Assembly: GCA_964016885.1 (NCBI GenBank)
Contig: OZ024750.1
Span: forward strand, 42,718,001-42,782,000
Direction of reading: 5' to 3'
DNA from: Eledone cirrhosa
Lineage: Eukaryota
DNA length: 64,000 nucleotides
The position numbers were made by a program, and so were the translations under genes. This document shows positions 1-14,800 of this stretch, in pieces. The stretch's first letter is position 1. The number at the start of each line of letters is the position of its first letter. The notes under the pieces were generated by a model, which saw only the letters and a list, made by a program, of their open reading frames with translations, made no database searches and was not told the origin of the DNA.

Positions 1-2853
1 GTTGTCATCATCATTGTCACTGTCACCACCACAGTTGTCATCATCATTGTCATTGTCACCACCACAGTTGTCATCATCATTGTCTTTGTCACCACCACAG
101 TTGTCATCATCATTGTCATTGTCACCACCACAGTTGTCATCATCATTGTCATTGTCACCATCACAGTTGTCATCATCATTGTCATTGTCACCAACACAGT
201 TGTCATCATCATTGTCACTGTCACCATCACAGTTGTCATCATCATTGTCATTGTCACCACCACAGTTGTCATCATCATTCTCAGTCACCACCACAGTTGT
301 CATCATCATTGTCATTGTCACCACCACAGTTGTCATCTCTGTTGTCACTGACACCACCACAGTTGTCATCATCATTGTCATTGTCACCACCACAGTTGTC
401 ATCATCACTGTCATTGTCACCACCACAGTTGTCATCACTGTTGTCATTGTCACCACCACAGTTGTCATCATCACTGTCACTGTCACCACCACAGTTGTCA
501 TCATCATTGTCATTGTCACCACCACAGTTGTCATCATCATTGTCATTGTCATCACCACAGTTGTCATCATCATTGTCACTGTCACCACCACAGTTGTCAT
601 CATCATTGTCACTGTGACCAACACAGTTGTCATCGTCATTGTCATTGTCACCACCACAGTTGTCATCATCATTGTCATTGTCACCACCACAGTTGTCATC
701 ATCATCGTCACTGTCACCACCACAGTTGTCATCATCAATGTCATTGTCACCAACACAGTTGTCATCATCATTGTCATTGTCACCACCACAGTTGTCATCA
801 TCATTGTCATTGTCACCACCACAGTTGTCATCATCATTGTCATTGTCACCACCACAGTTGTCATCACTGTTGTCATTGTCACCACCACAGTTGTCACCAT
901 CATTGTCACTGTCACCACCACAGTTGTCATCATCATTGTCACTGTCACCACCACAGTTGTCATCATCATTGTCACTGTCACCAACACAGTTGTCATCGTC
1001 ATTGTCATTGTCACCACCACAGTTGTCATCATCATTGTCATTGTCACCACCACAGTTGTCATCATCATTGTCATTGTCACCACCACAGTTGTCATCATCA
1101 TTGTCATTGTCACCACCACAGTTGTCATCATCATTGTCACTGTCACCAACACAGTTGTCATCACTGTTGTCATTGTCACCACCACAGTTGTCACCATCAT
1201 TGTCACTGTCACCACCACAGTTGTCATCATCATTGTCACTGTCACCACCACAGTTGTCATCATCATTGTCATTGTCACCAACACAGTTGTCACCATCATT
1301 GTCACTGTCACCACCACAGTTGTCATCATCATTGTCACTGTCACCACCACAGTTGTCATCATCATTGTCATTGTCACCAACACGGTTGTCATCATCATTG
1401 TCATTGTCACCACCACAGTTGTCACCATCATTGTCAATGTCACCACCACAGTTGTCATCATCATTGTCACTGTCACCACCACAGTTGTCATCATCATTGT
1501 CATTGTCACCACCACAGTTGTCACCATCATTGTCACTGTCACCACCACAGTTGTCATCATCATTGTCACTGTCACCACCACAGTTGTCATCATCATTGTC
1601 ACTGTCACCACCACAGTTGTCATCATCATTGTCATTGTCACCACCACAGTTGTCATCATCATTGTCACTGTCACCAACACAGTTGTCATCATCATTGTCA
1701 TTGTCACCACCACAGTTGTCATCATCATTGTCACTGTCACCACCACAGTTGTCATCATCATTGTCATTGTCATCACCACAGTTGTCATCATCATTGTCAC
1801 TGTCACCACCACAGTTGTCATCATCATTGTCACTGTCACCACCACAGTTGTCATCATCATTGTCATTGTCACCACCACAGTTGTCATCATCATTGTCATT
1901 GTCACCACCACAGTTGTCATCATCATTGTCATTGTCACCACCACAGTTGTCATCATCATTGTCATTGTCACCACCACAGTTGTCACCATCATTGTCGCTG
2001 TCACCACCACAGTTGTCACCATCATTGTCATTGTCACCACCACAGTTGTCATCATCATTGTCATTGTCACCACCACAGTTGTCATCATCATTGTCTTTGT
2101 CACCACCACAGTTGTCATCATCATTGTCATTGTCACCACCACAGTTGTCACCATCATTGTCATTGTCACCACCACAGTTGTCACCATCATTGTCACTGTC
2201 ACCACCACGGTTGTCACCATCATTGTCATTGTCACCACCACAGTTGTCATCATCATTGTCATTGTCACCACCACAGTTGTCATCATCATTGTCTTTGTCA
2301 CCACCACAGTTGTCATCATCATTGTCACTGTCACCACCACAGTTGTCATCATCATTGTCACTGTCACCACCACAGTTGTCATCATCATTGTCATTGTCAC
2401 CACCACAGTTGTCATCATCATTGTCTTTGTCACCACCACAGTTGTCATCATCATTGTCATTGTCACCACCACAGTTGTCATCATCATTGTCATTGTCACC
2501 ATCACAGTTGTCATCATCATTGTCATTGTCACCAACACAGTTGTCATCATCATTGTCACTGTCACCATCACAGTTGTCATCATCATTGTCATTGTCACCA
2601 CCACAGTTGTCATCATCATTCTCAGTCACCACCACAGTTGTCATCATCATTGTCATTGTCACCACCACAGTTGTCATCTCTGTTGTCACTGACACCACCA
2701 CAGTTGTCATCATCATTGTCATTGTCACCACCACAGTTGTCATCATCACTGTCATTGTCACCACCACAGTTGTCATCACTGTTGTCATTGTCACCACCAC
2801 AGTTGTCATCATCACTGTCACTGTCACCACCACAGTTGTCATCATCATTGTCA
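1..2853. repeat. Duplication with 2341-bp offset (1-~512 matches 2342-~2853)
   Basis: The rare ATTCTCAGTCACC (31-bp monomer) and ATCTCTGTTGTCACTGACACC variants occur at ~277/~335 and ~2618/~2676. 2341 = 71x33 - 2. Confidence 0.85.
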
Positions 2854-3499
2854 CTGTCACCACCACAGTTGTCATCATCATTGTCACTGTCACCACCACA
2901 ATTGTCATCATCATTGTCACTGTCACCACCACAGTTGTCATCATCATTGTCATTGTCACCACCACAGTTGTCATCATCATTGTCACTGTCACCACCACAG
3001 TTGTCATCATCATTGTCACTGTCACCACCACAGTTGTCATCATCATTGTCACTGTCACCACCACAGTTGTCATCATCATTGTCACTGTCACCACCACAGT
3101 TGTCATCATCATTGTCATTGTCACCACCACAGTTGTCATCATCATTGTCACTGTCACCACCACAGTTGTCATCATCATTGTCACTGTCACCACCACAGTT
3201 GTCATCATCATTGTCATTGTCACCACCACAGTTGTCATCATCATTGTCACTGTCACCACCACAGTTGTCATCATCATTGTCATTGTCACCACCACAGTTG
3301 TCATTGTCACCACCACAGTTGTCATCACTGTTGTCATTGTCACCACCACAGTTGTCATCATCATTGTCATTGTCACCACCACAGTTGTCATCATCATTGT
3401 CACTGTCACCACCACAGTTGTCATCATCATTGTCATTGTCACCACCACAGTTGTCATCATCATTGTCATTGTCACCACCACAGTTGTCATCATCATTGT

Positions 3500-6400
3500 C
3501 ATTGTCACCACCACAGTTGTCATCACTGTTGTCATTGTCACCACCACAGTTGTCACCATCATTGTCACTGTCAGCACCACAGTTGTCATCATCATTGTCA
3601 CTGTCACCACCACAGTTGTCATCATCATTGTCATTGTCACCACCACAGTTGTCATCATCAGTGTCATTGTCACCACCACAGTTGTCATCATCATTGTCAT
3701 TGTCATCACCACAGTTGTCATCATCATTGTCACTGTCACCACCACAGTTGTCATCATCATTGTCATTGTCATCACCACAGTTGTCATCATCATTGTCATT
3801 GTCACCACCACAGTTGTCAACATCATTGTCACTGTCACCACCACAGTTGTCATCATCATTGTCCTTGTCATCACCACAGTTGTCAACATTATTGTCACTG
3901 TCACCACCACAGTTGTCATCATCATTGTCATTGTCACCACCACAGTTGTCACCACCACAGTTGTCATCATCATTGTCATTGTCATCATCATTGTCATTGT
4001 CATCACCACAGTTGTCATCATCATTGTCACTGTCACCACCACAGTTGTCATCATCATTGTCATTGTCATCACCACAGTTGTCATCATCATTGTCATTGTC
4101 ACCACCACAGTTGTCACCAACACAGTTGTCATCATCATTGTCATTGTCATCACCACAGTTGTCATCATCATTGTCATTGTCATCACCACAGTTGTCAACA
4201 TCATTGTCACTGTCACCACCACAGTTGTCATCATCATTGTCATTGTCATCACCACAGTTGTCATCATCATTGTCATTGTCATCACCACAGTTGTCAACAT
4301 CATTGTCACTGTCACCACCACAGTTGTCAACATCATTGTCACTGTCACCACCACAGTTGTCATCATCATTGTCATTGTCACCACCACAGTTGTCACCAAC
4401 ACAGTTGTCATCATCATTGTCATTGTCATCACCACAGTTGTCATCATCATTGTCATTGTCATCACCACAGTTGTCAACATCATTGTCACTGTCACCACCA
4501 CAGTTGTCATCATCATTGTCATTGTCATCACCACAGTTGTCAACATCATTGTCAATGTCACCACCACAGTTGTCATCATCATTGTCATTGTCACCACCAC
4601 AGTTGTCACCACCAGAGTTGTCATCATCATTGTCATTGTCATCACCACAGTTGTCATCATCATTGTCACTGTCACCACCACAGTTGTCATCATCATTGTC
4701 ATTGTCATCACCACAGTTGTCATCATCATTGTCACTGTCACCACCACAGTTGTCATCATCATTGTCACTGTCACCACCACAGTTGTCATCATCATTGTCA
4801 TTGTCATCACCACAGTTGTCAACATCATTGTCACTGTCACCACCACAGTTGTCATCATCATTGTCATTGTCACCACCACAGTTGTCACCACCACAGTTGT
4901 CATCATCATTGTCATTGTCATCACCACAGTTGTCATCATCATTGTCACTGTCACCACCACAGTTGTCATCATCATTGTCATTGTCATCACCACAGTTGTC
5001 AACATCATTGTCACTGTCACCACCACAGTTGTCATCATCATTGTCATTGTCACCACCACAGTTGTCACCACCACAGTTGTCATCATCATTGTCCCTTTCA
5101 CCACCACAGTTGTCATCATTGTCACTGTCACCACCACAGTTGTCATCATCATTGTCATTGTCATCACCACAGTTGTTAACATCATTGTCACTGTCACCAC
5201 CACAGTTGTCATCATCATTGTCATTGTCACCACCACAGTTGTCATCATCATTGTCATTGTCACCACCACAGTTGTCATCATCATTGTCACTGTCACCACC
5301 ACAGTTGTCATCATCATTGTCACTGTCACCACCACAGTTGTCATCATCATTGTCACTGTCACCACCACAGTTGTCATCATCATTGTCACTGTCACCACCA
5401 CAGCTGTCATCATCATTGTCATTGTCACCACCACAGTTGTCATCATCATTGTCACTGTCACCACCACAGTTGTCATCATCATTGTCATTGTCATCACCAC
5501 AGTTGTCATCATCATTGTCATTGTCATCACCACAGTTGTCAACATCATTGTCACTGTCACCACCACAGTTGTCATCATCATTGTCATTGTCATCACCACA
5601 GTTGTCATCATCATTGTCATTGTCACCACCACAGTTGTCACCACCACAGTTGTCATCATCATCGTCATTGTCACCACCACATTTGTCATCATCATTGTCA
5701 TTGTCACCACCACAGTTGTCATCATCATCGTCATTGTCACCACCACAGTTGTCATCATCATTGTCACTGTCACCACCACAGTTGTCACCATCATTGTCAT
5801 TGTCACCACCACAGTTGTCATCATCATTGTCATTGTCACCACCACAGTTGTCATCATCATTGTCACTGTCACCACCACAGTTGTCACCATCATTGTCATT
5901 GTCACCACCACAGTTGTCATCATCATTGTCATTGTCACCACCACAGTTGTCATCATCATTGTCACTGTCACCACCACAGTTGTCATCATCATTGTCATTG
6001 TCATCACCACAGTTGTCATCATCATTGTCATTGTCACCACCACAGTTGTCATCATCATTGTCATTGTCACCACCACAGTTGTCATCATCATTGTCACTGT
6101 CACCACCACAGTTGTCACCATCATTGTCATTGTCACCACCACAGTTGTCATCATCATTGTCATTGTCACCACCACAGTTGTCATCATCATTGTCACTGTC
6201 ACCACCACAGTTGTCATCATCATTGTCATTGTCATCACCACAGTTGTCAGCATCATTGTCACTGTCACCACCACAGTTGTCATCATCATTGTCATTGTCA
6301 CCACCACAGTTGTCATCATCATTGTCATTGTCACCACCACAGTTGTCATCATCATTGTCATTGTCACCACCACAGTTGTCATCATCATTGTCATTGTCAC

Positions 6401-9400
6401 TACCACAGTTGTCATCATCATTGTCATTGTCATCACCACAGTTGTCATCATCATTGTCATTATCACCACCACAGTTGTCATCATCATTGTCACTGTCACC
6501 ACCACAGTTGTCACCATCATTGTCATTGTCACCACCACAGTTGTCACCACCACAGCTGTCATCATCATTGTCATTGTCACCACCACAATTGTCATCGTCA
6601 TTGTCATTGTCATCACCACAGTTGTCATCATCATTGTCATTGTCACCACCACAGTTGTCACCATCATTGTCATTGTCACCACCACATTTGTCACCACCAC
6701 AGTTGTCATCATCATTGTCATTGTCACCACCACAGTTGTCATCGTCATTGTCATTGTCATCACCACAGTTGTCAAGATCATTGTCACTGTCACCACCACA
6801 GTTGTCATCATCATTGTCATTGTCATCACCACAGTTGTCAACATCATTGTCACTGTCACCACCACAGTTGTCATCATCATTGTCATTGTCACCACCACAG
6901 TTGTCATCATCATTGTCATTGTCACCACCACAGTTGTCATCATCATTATCACTGTCACCACCACAGTTGTCATCATCATCGTCACTGTCTCCACCACAGT
7001 TGTCATCATCATTGTCACTGTCACCACCACAGCTGTCATCATCATTGTCATTGTCACCACCACAGTTGTCATCATCATTGTCACTGTCACCACCACAGTT
7101 GTCATCATCATTGTCATTGTCATCACCACAGTTGTCATCATCATTGTCATTGTCATCACCACAGTTGTCAACATCATTGTCACTGTCACCACCACAGTTG
7201 TCATCATCATTGTCATTGTCACCACCACAGTTGTCATCATCATTGTCACTGTCTCCACCACAGTTGTCATCATCATTGTCACTGTCACCACCACAGTTGT
7301 CATCATCATTGTCACTGTCTCCACCACAGTTGTCATCATCATTGTCACTGTCACCACCACAGTTGTCATCATCATTGTCACTGTCACCACCACAGCTGTC
7401 ATCATCATTGTCATTGTCACCACCACAGTTGTCATCATCATTGTCATTGTCATCACCACAGTTGTCAACATCATTGTCACTGTCACCACCACAGTTGTCA
7501 TCATCATTGTCATTGTCACCAACACAGTTGTCATCATCATTGTCACTGTCACCACCACAGTTGTCATCATCATTGTCATTGTCATCACCACAGTTGTCAT
7601 CATCATTGTCATTGTCATCACCACAGTTGTCAACATCATTGTCACTGTCACCACCACAGTTGTCATCATCATTGTCATTGTCACCAACACAGTTGTCATC
7701 ATCATTGTCATTGTCACCACCACAGTTGTCATCATCATTGTCACTGTCACCACCACAGTTGTCATCATCATTGTCACTGTCTCCACCACAGTTGTCATCA
7801 TCATTGTCACTGTCACCACCACAGCTGTCATCATCATTGTCATTGTCACCACCACAGTTGTCATCATCATTGTCACTGTCACCACCACAGTTGTCATCAT
7901 GATTGTCATTGTCATCACCACAGTTGTCATCATCATTGTCATTGTCATCACCACAGTTGTCAACATCATTGTCACTGTCACCACCACAGTTGTCATCATC
8001 ATTGTCATTGTCATCACCACAGTTGTCATCATCATTGTCATTGTCACCACCACAGTTGTCATCACTGTTGTCATTTTCACCACCACAGTTGTCACCATCA
8101 TTGTCACTGTCACCACCACAGTTGTCATCATCATTGTCACTGTCACCACCACAGTTGTCATCATCATTGTCATTGTCACCACCACAGTTGTCATCATCAG
8201 TGTCATTGTCACCACCACAGTTGTCATCATCATTGTCATTGTCATCACCACAGTTGTCATCATCATTGTCACTGTCACCACCACAGTTGTCATCATCATT
8301 GTCATTGTCATCACCACAGTTGTCATCATCATTGTCATTGTCACCACCACAGTTGTCAACATCATTGTCACTGTCACCACCACAGTTGTCATCATCATTG
8401 TCCTTGTCATCACCACAGTTGTCAACATTATTGTCACTGTCACCACCACAGTTGTCATCATCATTGTCATTGTCACCACCACAGTTGTCACCACCACAGT
8501 TGTCATCATCATTGTCATTGTCATCATCATTGTCATTGTCATCACCACAGTTGTCATCATCATTGTCACTGTCACCACCACAGTTGTCATCATCATTGTC
8601 ATTGTCATCACCACAGTTGTCATCATCATTGTCATTGTCACCACCACAGTTGTCACCAACACAGTTGTCATCATCATTGTCATTGTCATCACCACAGTTG
8701 TCATCATCATTGTCATTGTCATCACCACAGTTGTCAACATCATTGTCACTGTCACCACCACAGTTGTCATCATCATTGTCATTGTCATCATCACAGTTGT
8801 CATCATCATTGTCATTGTCATCACCACAGTTGTCAACATCATTGTCACTGTCACCACCACAGTTGTCAACATCATTGTCACTGTCACCACCACAGTTGTC
8901 ATCATCATTGTCATTGTCACCACCACAGTTGTCACCAACACAGTTGTCATCATCATTGTCATTGTCATCACCACAGTTGTCATCATCATTGTCATTGTCA
9001 TCACCACAGTTGTCAACATCATTGTCACTGTCACCACCACAGTTGTCATCATCATTGTCATTGTCATCACCACAGTTGTCAACATCATTGTCAATGTCAC
9101 CACCACAGTTGTCATCATCATTGTCATTGTCACCACCACAGTTGTCACCACCAGAGTTGTCATCATCATTGTCATTGTCATCACCACAGTTGTCATCATC
9201 ATTGTCACTGTCACCACCACAGTTGTCATCATCATTGTCATTGTCATCACCACAGTTGTCATCATCATTGTCACTGTCACCACCACAGTTGTCATCATCA
9301 TTGTCATTGTCATCACCACAGTTGTCAACATCATTGTCACTGTCACCACCACAGTTGTCATCATCATTGTCATTGTCACCACCACAGTTGTCACCACCAC

Positions 9401-9960
9401 AGTTGTCATCATCATTGTCCCTTTCACCACCACAGTTGTCATCATCATTGTCACTGTCACCACCACAGTTGTCATCATCATTGTCATTGTCATCACCACA
9501 GTTGTTAACATCATTGTCACTGTCACCACCACAGTTGTCATCATCATTGTCATTGTCACCACCACAGTTGTCAACATCATTGTAATTGTCACCACCACAG
9601 TTGTCATCATCATTGTCACTGTCACCACCACAGTTGTCATCATCATTGTCACTGTCACCACCACAGTTGTCATCATCATTGTCACTGTCACCACCACAGT
9701 TGTCATCATCATTGTCACTGTCACCACCACAGCTGTCATCATCATTGTCATTGTCACCACCACAGTTGTCATCATCATTGTCACTGTCACCACCACAGTT
9801 GTCATCATCATTGTCATTGTCATCACCACAGTTGTCATCATCATTGTCATTGTCATCACCACAGTTGTCATCATCATTGTCATTGTCACCACCACAGTTG
9901 TCACCACCACAGTTGTCATCATCATCGTCATTGTCACCACCACATTTGTCATCATCATTG
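3500..9960. repeat. Older ~4.3-4.5 kb-offset duplication (block ~3.5-5.7 kb recurs at ~8.05-9.96 kb)
   Basis: GTCCTTGTC 3861/8400 (offset 4539), ACCAGAG ~4611/~9150, GTCCCTTTC 5091/9417, GTTGTTAAC 5172/9501. Confidence 0.75.
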
Positions 9961-11690
9961 TCATTGTCACCACCACAGTTGTCAACATCATTGTCACTGT
10001 CACCACCACAGTTGTCATCATCATTGTCATTGTCATCACCACAGTTGTCATCATCATTGTCATTGTCACCACCACAGTTGTCAACATCATTGTCACTGTC
10101 ACCACCACAGTTGTCATCATCATTGTCCTTGTCATCACCACAGTTGTCAACATTATTGTCACTGTCACCACCACAGTTGTCATCATCATTGTCATTGTCA
10201 CCACCACAGTTGTCACCACCACAGTTGTCATCATCATTGTCATTGTCATCATCATTGTCATTGTCATCACCACAGTTGTCATCATCATTGTCACTGTCAC
10301 CACCACAGTTGTCATCATCATTGTCATTGTCATCACCACAGTTGTCATCATCATTGTCATTGTCACCACCACAGTTGTCACCAACACAGTTGTCATCATC
10401 ATTGTCATTGTCATCACCACAGTTGTCATCATCATTGTCATTGTCATCACCACAGTTGTCAACATCATTGTCACTGTCACCACCACAGTTGTCATCATCA
10501 TTGTCATTGTCATCATCACAGTTGTCATCATCATTGTCATTGTCATCACCACAGTTGTCAACATCATTGTCACTGTCACCACCACAGTTGTCAACATCAT
10601 TGTCACTGTCACCACCACAGTTGTCATCATCATTGTCATTGTCACCACCACAGTTGTCACCAACACAGTTGTCATCATCATTGTCATTGTCATCACCACA
10701 GTTGTCATCATCATTGTCATTGTCATCACCACAGTTGTCAACATCATTGTCACTGTCACCACCACAGTTGTCATCATCATTGTCATTGTCATCACCACAG
10801 TTGTCAACATCATTGTCAATGTCACCACCACAGTTGTCATCATCATTGTCATTGTCACCACCACAGTTGTCACCACCAGAGTTGTCATCATCATTGTCAT
10901 TGTCATCACCACAGTTGTCATCATCATTGTCACTGTCACCACCACAGTTGTCATCATCATTGTCATTGTCATCACCACAGTTGTCATCATCATTGTCACT
11001 GTCACCACCACAGTTGTCATCATCATTGTCATTGTCATCACCACAGTTGTCAACATCATTGTCACTGTCACCACCACAGTTGTCATCATCATTGTCATTG
11101 TCACCACCACAGTTGTCACCACCACAGTTGTCATCATCATTGTCCCTTTCACCACCACAGTTGTCATCATCATTGTCACTGTCACCACCACAGTTGTCAT
11201 CATCATTGTCATTGTCATCACCACAGTTGTTAACATCATTGTCACTGTCACCACCACAGTTGTCATCATCATTGTCATTGTCACCACCACAGTTGTCAAC
11301 ATCATTGTAATTGTCACCACCACAGTTGTCATCATCATTGTCACTGTCACCACCACAGTTGTCATCATCATTGTCACTGTCACCACCACAGTTGTCATCA
11401 TCATTGTCACTGTCACCACCACAGTTGTCATCATCATTGTCACTGTCACCACCACAGCTGTCATCATCATTGTCATTGTCACCACCACAGTTGTCATCAT
11501 CATTGTCACTGTCACCACCACAGTTGTCATCATCATTGTCATTGTCATCACCACAGTTGTCATCATCATTGTCATTGTCATCACCACAGTTGTCATCATC
11601 ATTGTCATTGTCACCACCACAGTTGTCACCACCACAGTTGTCATCATCATCGTCATTGTCACCACCACATTTGTCATCATCATTGTCATT
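8230..11690. repeat. 1725-bp tandem duplication, private to copy A
   Basis: GTCCTTGTC 8400/10125, GTCCCTTTC 9417/11142, GTTGTTAAC 9501/11226. ORF starts at 9586 and 11311. Each marker occurs once in copy B. Confidence 0.85.
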
Positions 11691-14600
11691 GTCACCACCA
11701 CAGTTGTCATCATCATCGTCATTGTCACCACCACAGTTGTCATCATCATTGTCACTGTCACCACCACAGTTGTCACCATCATTGTCATTGTCACCACCAC
11801 AGTTGTCATCATCATTGTCATTGTCACCACCACAGTTGTCATCATCATTGTCACTGTCACCACCACAGTTGTCACCATCATTGTCATTGTCACCACCACA
11901 GTTGTCATCATCATTGTCATTGTCACCACCACAGTTGTCATCATCATTGTCACTGTCACCACCACAGTTGTCATCATCATTGTCATTGTCATCACCACAG
12001 TTGTCATCATCATTGTCATTGTCACCACCACAGTTGTCATCATCATTGTCATTGTCACCACCACAGTTGTCATCATCATTGTCACTGTCACCACCACAGT
12101 TGTCACCATCATTGTCATTGTCACCACCACAGTTGTCATCATCATTGTCATTGTCACCACCACAGTTGTCATCATCATTGTCACTGTCACCACCACAGTT
12201 GTCATCATCATTGTCATTGTCATCACCACAGTTGTCAGCATCATTGTCACTGTCACCACCACAGTTGTCATCATCATTGTCATTGTCACCACCACAGTTG
12301 TCATCATCATTGTCATTGTCACCACCACAGTTGTCATCATCATTGTCATTGTCACCACCACAGTTGTCATCATCATTGTCATTGTCACTACCACAGTTGT
12401 CATCATCATTGTCATTGTCATCACCACAGTTGTCATCATCATTGTCATTGTCACCACCACAGTTGTCATCATCATTGTCACTGTCACCACCACAGTTGTC
12501 ACCATCATTGTCATTGTCACCACCACAGTTGTCACCACCACAGCTGTCATCATCATTGTCATTGTCACCACCACAATTGTCATCGTCATTGTCATTGTCA
12601 TCACCACAGTTGTCATCATCATTGTCATTGTCACCACCACAGTTGTCACCATCATTGTCATTGTCACCACCACAGTTGTCACCACCACAGTTGTCATCAT
12701 CATTGTCATTGTCACCACCACAGTTGTCATCGTCATTGTCATTGTCATCACCACAGTTGTCAACATCATTGTCACTGTCACCACCACAGTTGTCATCATC
12801 ATTGTCATTGTCATCACCACAGTTGTCAACATCATTGTCCCTGTCACCACCACAGTTGTCATCATCATTGTCATTGTCACCACCACAGTTGTCATCATCA
12901 TTGTCATTGTCATCACCACAGTTGTCATCATCATTGTCACTGTCACCACCACAGTTGTCATCATCATCGTCACTGTCTCCACCACAGTTGTCATCATCAT
13001 TGTCACTGTCACCACCACAGCTGTCATCATCATTGTCATTGTCACCACCACAGTTGTCATCATCATTGTCACTGTCACCACCACAGTTGTCATCATCATT
13101 GTCACTGTCACCACCACAGTTGTCATCATCATTGTCACTGTCACCACCACAGTTGTCATCATCATTGTCACTGTCACCACCACAGCTGTCATCATCATTG
13201 TCATTGTCACCACCACAGTTGTCATCATCATTGTCACTGTCACCACCACAGTTGTCATCATCATTGTCATTGTCATCACCACAGTTGTCATCATCATTGT
13301 CATTGTCATCACCACAGTTGTCATCATCATTGTCATTGTCACCACCACAGTTGTCACCACCACAGTTGTCATCATCATCGTCATTGTCACCACCACATTT
13401 GTCATCATCATTGTCATTGTCACCACCACAGTTGTCATCATCATCGTCATTGTCACCACCACAGTTGTCATCATCATTGTCACTGTCACCACCACAGTTG
13501 TCACCATCATTGTCATTGTCACCACCACAGTTGTCATCATCATTGTCATTGTCACCACCACAGTTGTCATCATCATTGTCACTGTCACCACCACAGTTGT
13601 CACCATCATTGTCATTGTCACCACCACAGTTGTCATCATCATTGTCATTGTCACCACCACAGTTGTCATCATCATTGTCACTGTCACCACCACAGTTGTC
13701 ATCATCATTGTCATTGTCATCACCACAGTTGTCATCATCATTGTCATTGTCACCACCACAGTTGTCATCATCATTGTCATTGTCACCACCACAGTTGTCA
13801 TCATCATTGTCACTGTCACCACCACAGTTGTCACCATCATTGTCATTGTCACCACCACAGTTGTCATCATCATTGTCATTGTCACCACCACAGTTGTCAT
13901 CATCATTGTCATTGTCACCACCACAGTTGTCATCATCATTGTCATTGTCATCACCACAGTTGTCAGCATCATTGTCACTGTCACCACCACAGTTGTCATC
14001 ATCATTGTCATTGTCACCACCACAGTTGTCATCATCATTGTCATTGTCACCACCACAGTTGTCATCATCATTGTCATTGTCACCACCACAGTTGTCATCA
14101 TCATTGTCATTGTCACTACCACAGTTGTCATCATCATTGTCATTGTCATCACCACAGTTGTCATCATCATTGTCATTGTCACCACCACAGTTGTCATCAT
14201 CATTGTCACTGTCACCACCACAGTTGTCACCATCATTGTCATTGTCACCACCACAGTTGTCACCACCACAGCTGTCATCATCATTGTCATTGTCACCACC
14301 ACAATTGTCATCGTCATTGTCATTGTCATCACCACAGTTGTCATCATCATTGTCATTGTCACCACCACAGTTGTCACCATCATTGTCATTGTCACCACCA
14401 CAGTTGTCACCACCACAGTTGTCATCATCATTGTCATTGTCACCACCACAGTTGTCATCGTCATTGTCATTGTCATCACCACAGTTGTCAACATCATTGT
14501 CACTGTCACCACCACAGTTGTCATCATCATTGTCATTGTCATCACCACAGTTGTCAACATCATTGTCACTGTCACCACCACAGTTGTCATCATCATTGTC

Positions 14601-14800
14601 ATTGTCACCACCACAGTTGTCATCATCATTGTCATTGTCATCACCACAGTTGTCATCATCATTGTCACTGTCACCATCACAGTTGTCATCATCATCGTCA
14701 CTGTCTCCACCACAGTTGTCATCATCATTGTCACTGTCACCACCACAGCTGTCATCATCATTGTCATTGTCACCACCACAGTTGTCATCATCATTGTCAC
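11350..14800. repeat. 1728-bp tandem duplication, shared with copy B (1695-bp offset there)
   Basis: GTCAGCATC 12234/13962 and, in copy B, 32785/34480. CACATTTGTC and CACAATTGTC markers are also paired. Confidence 0.8.
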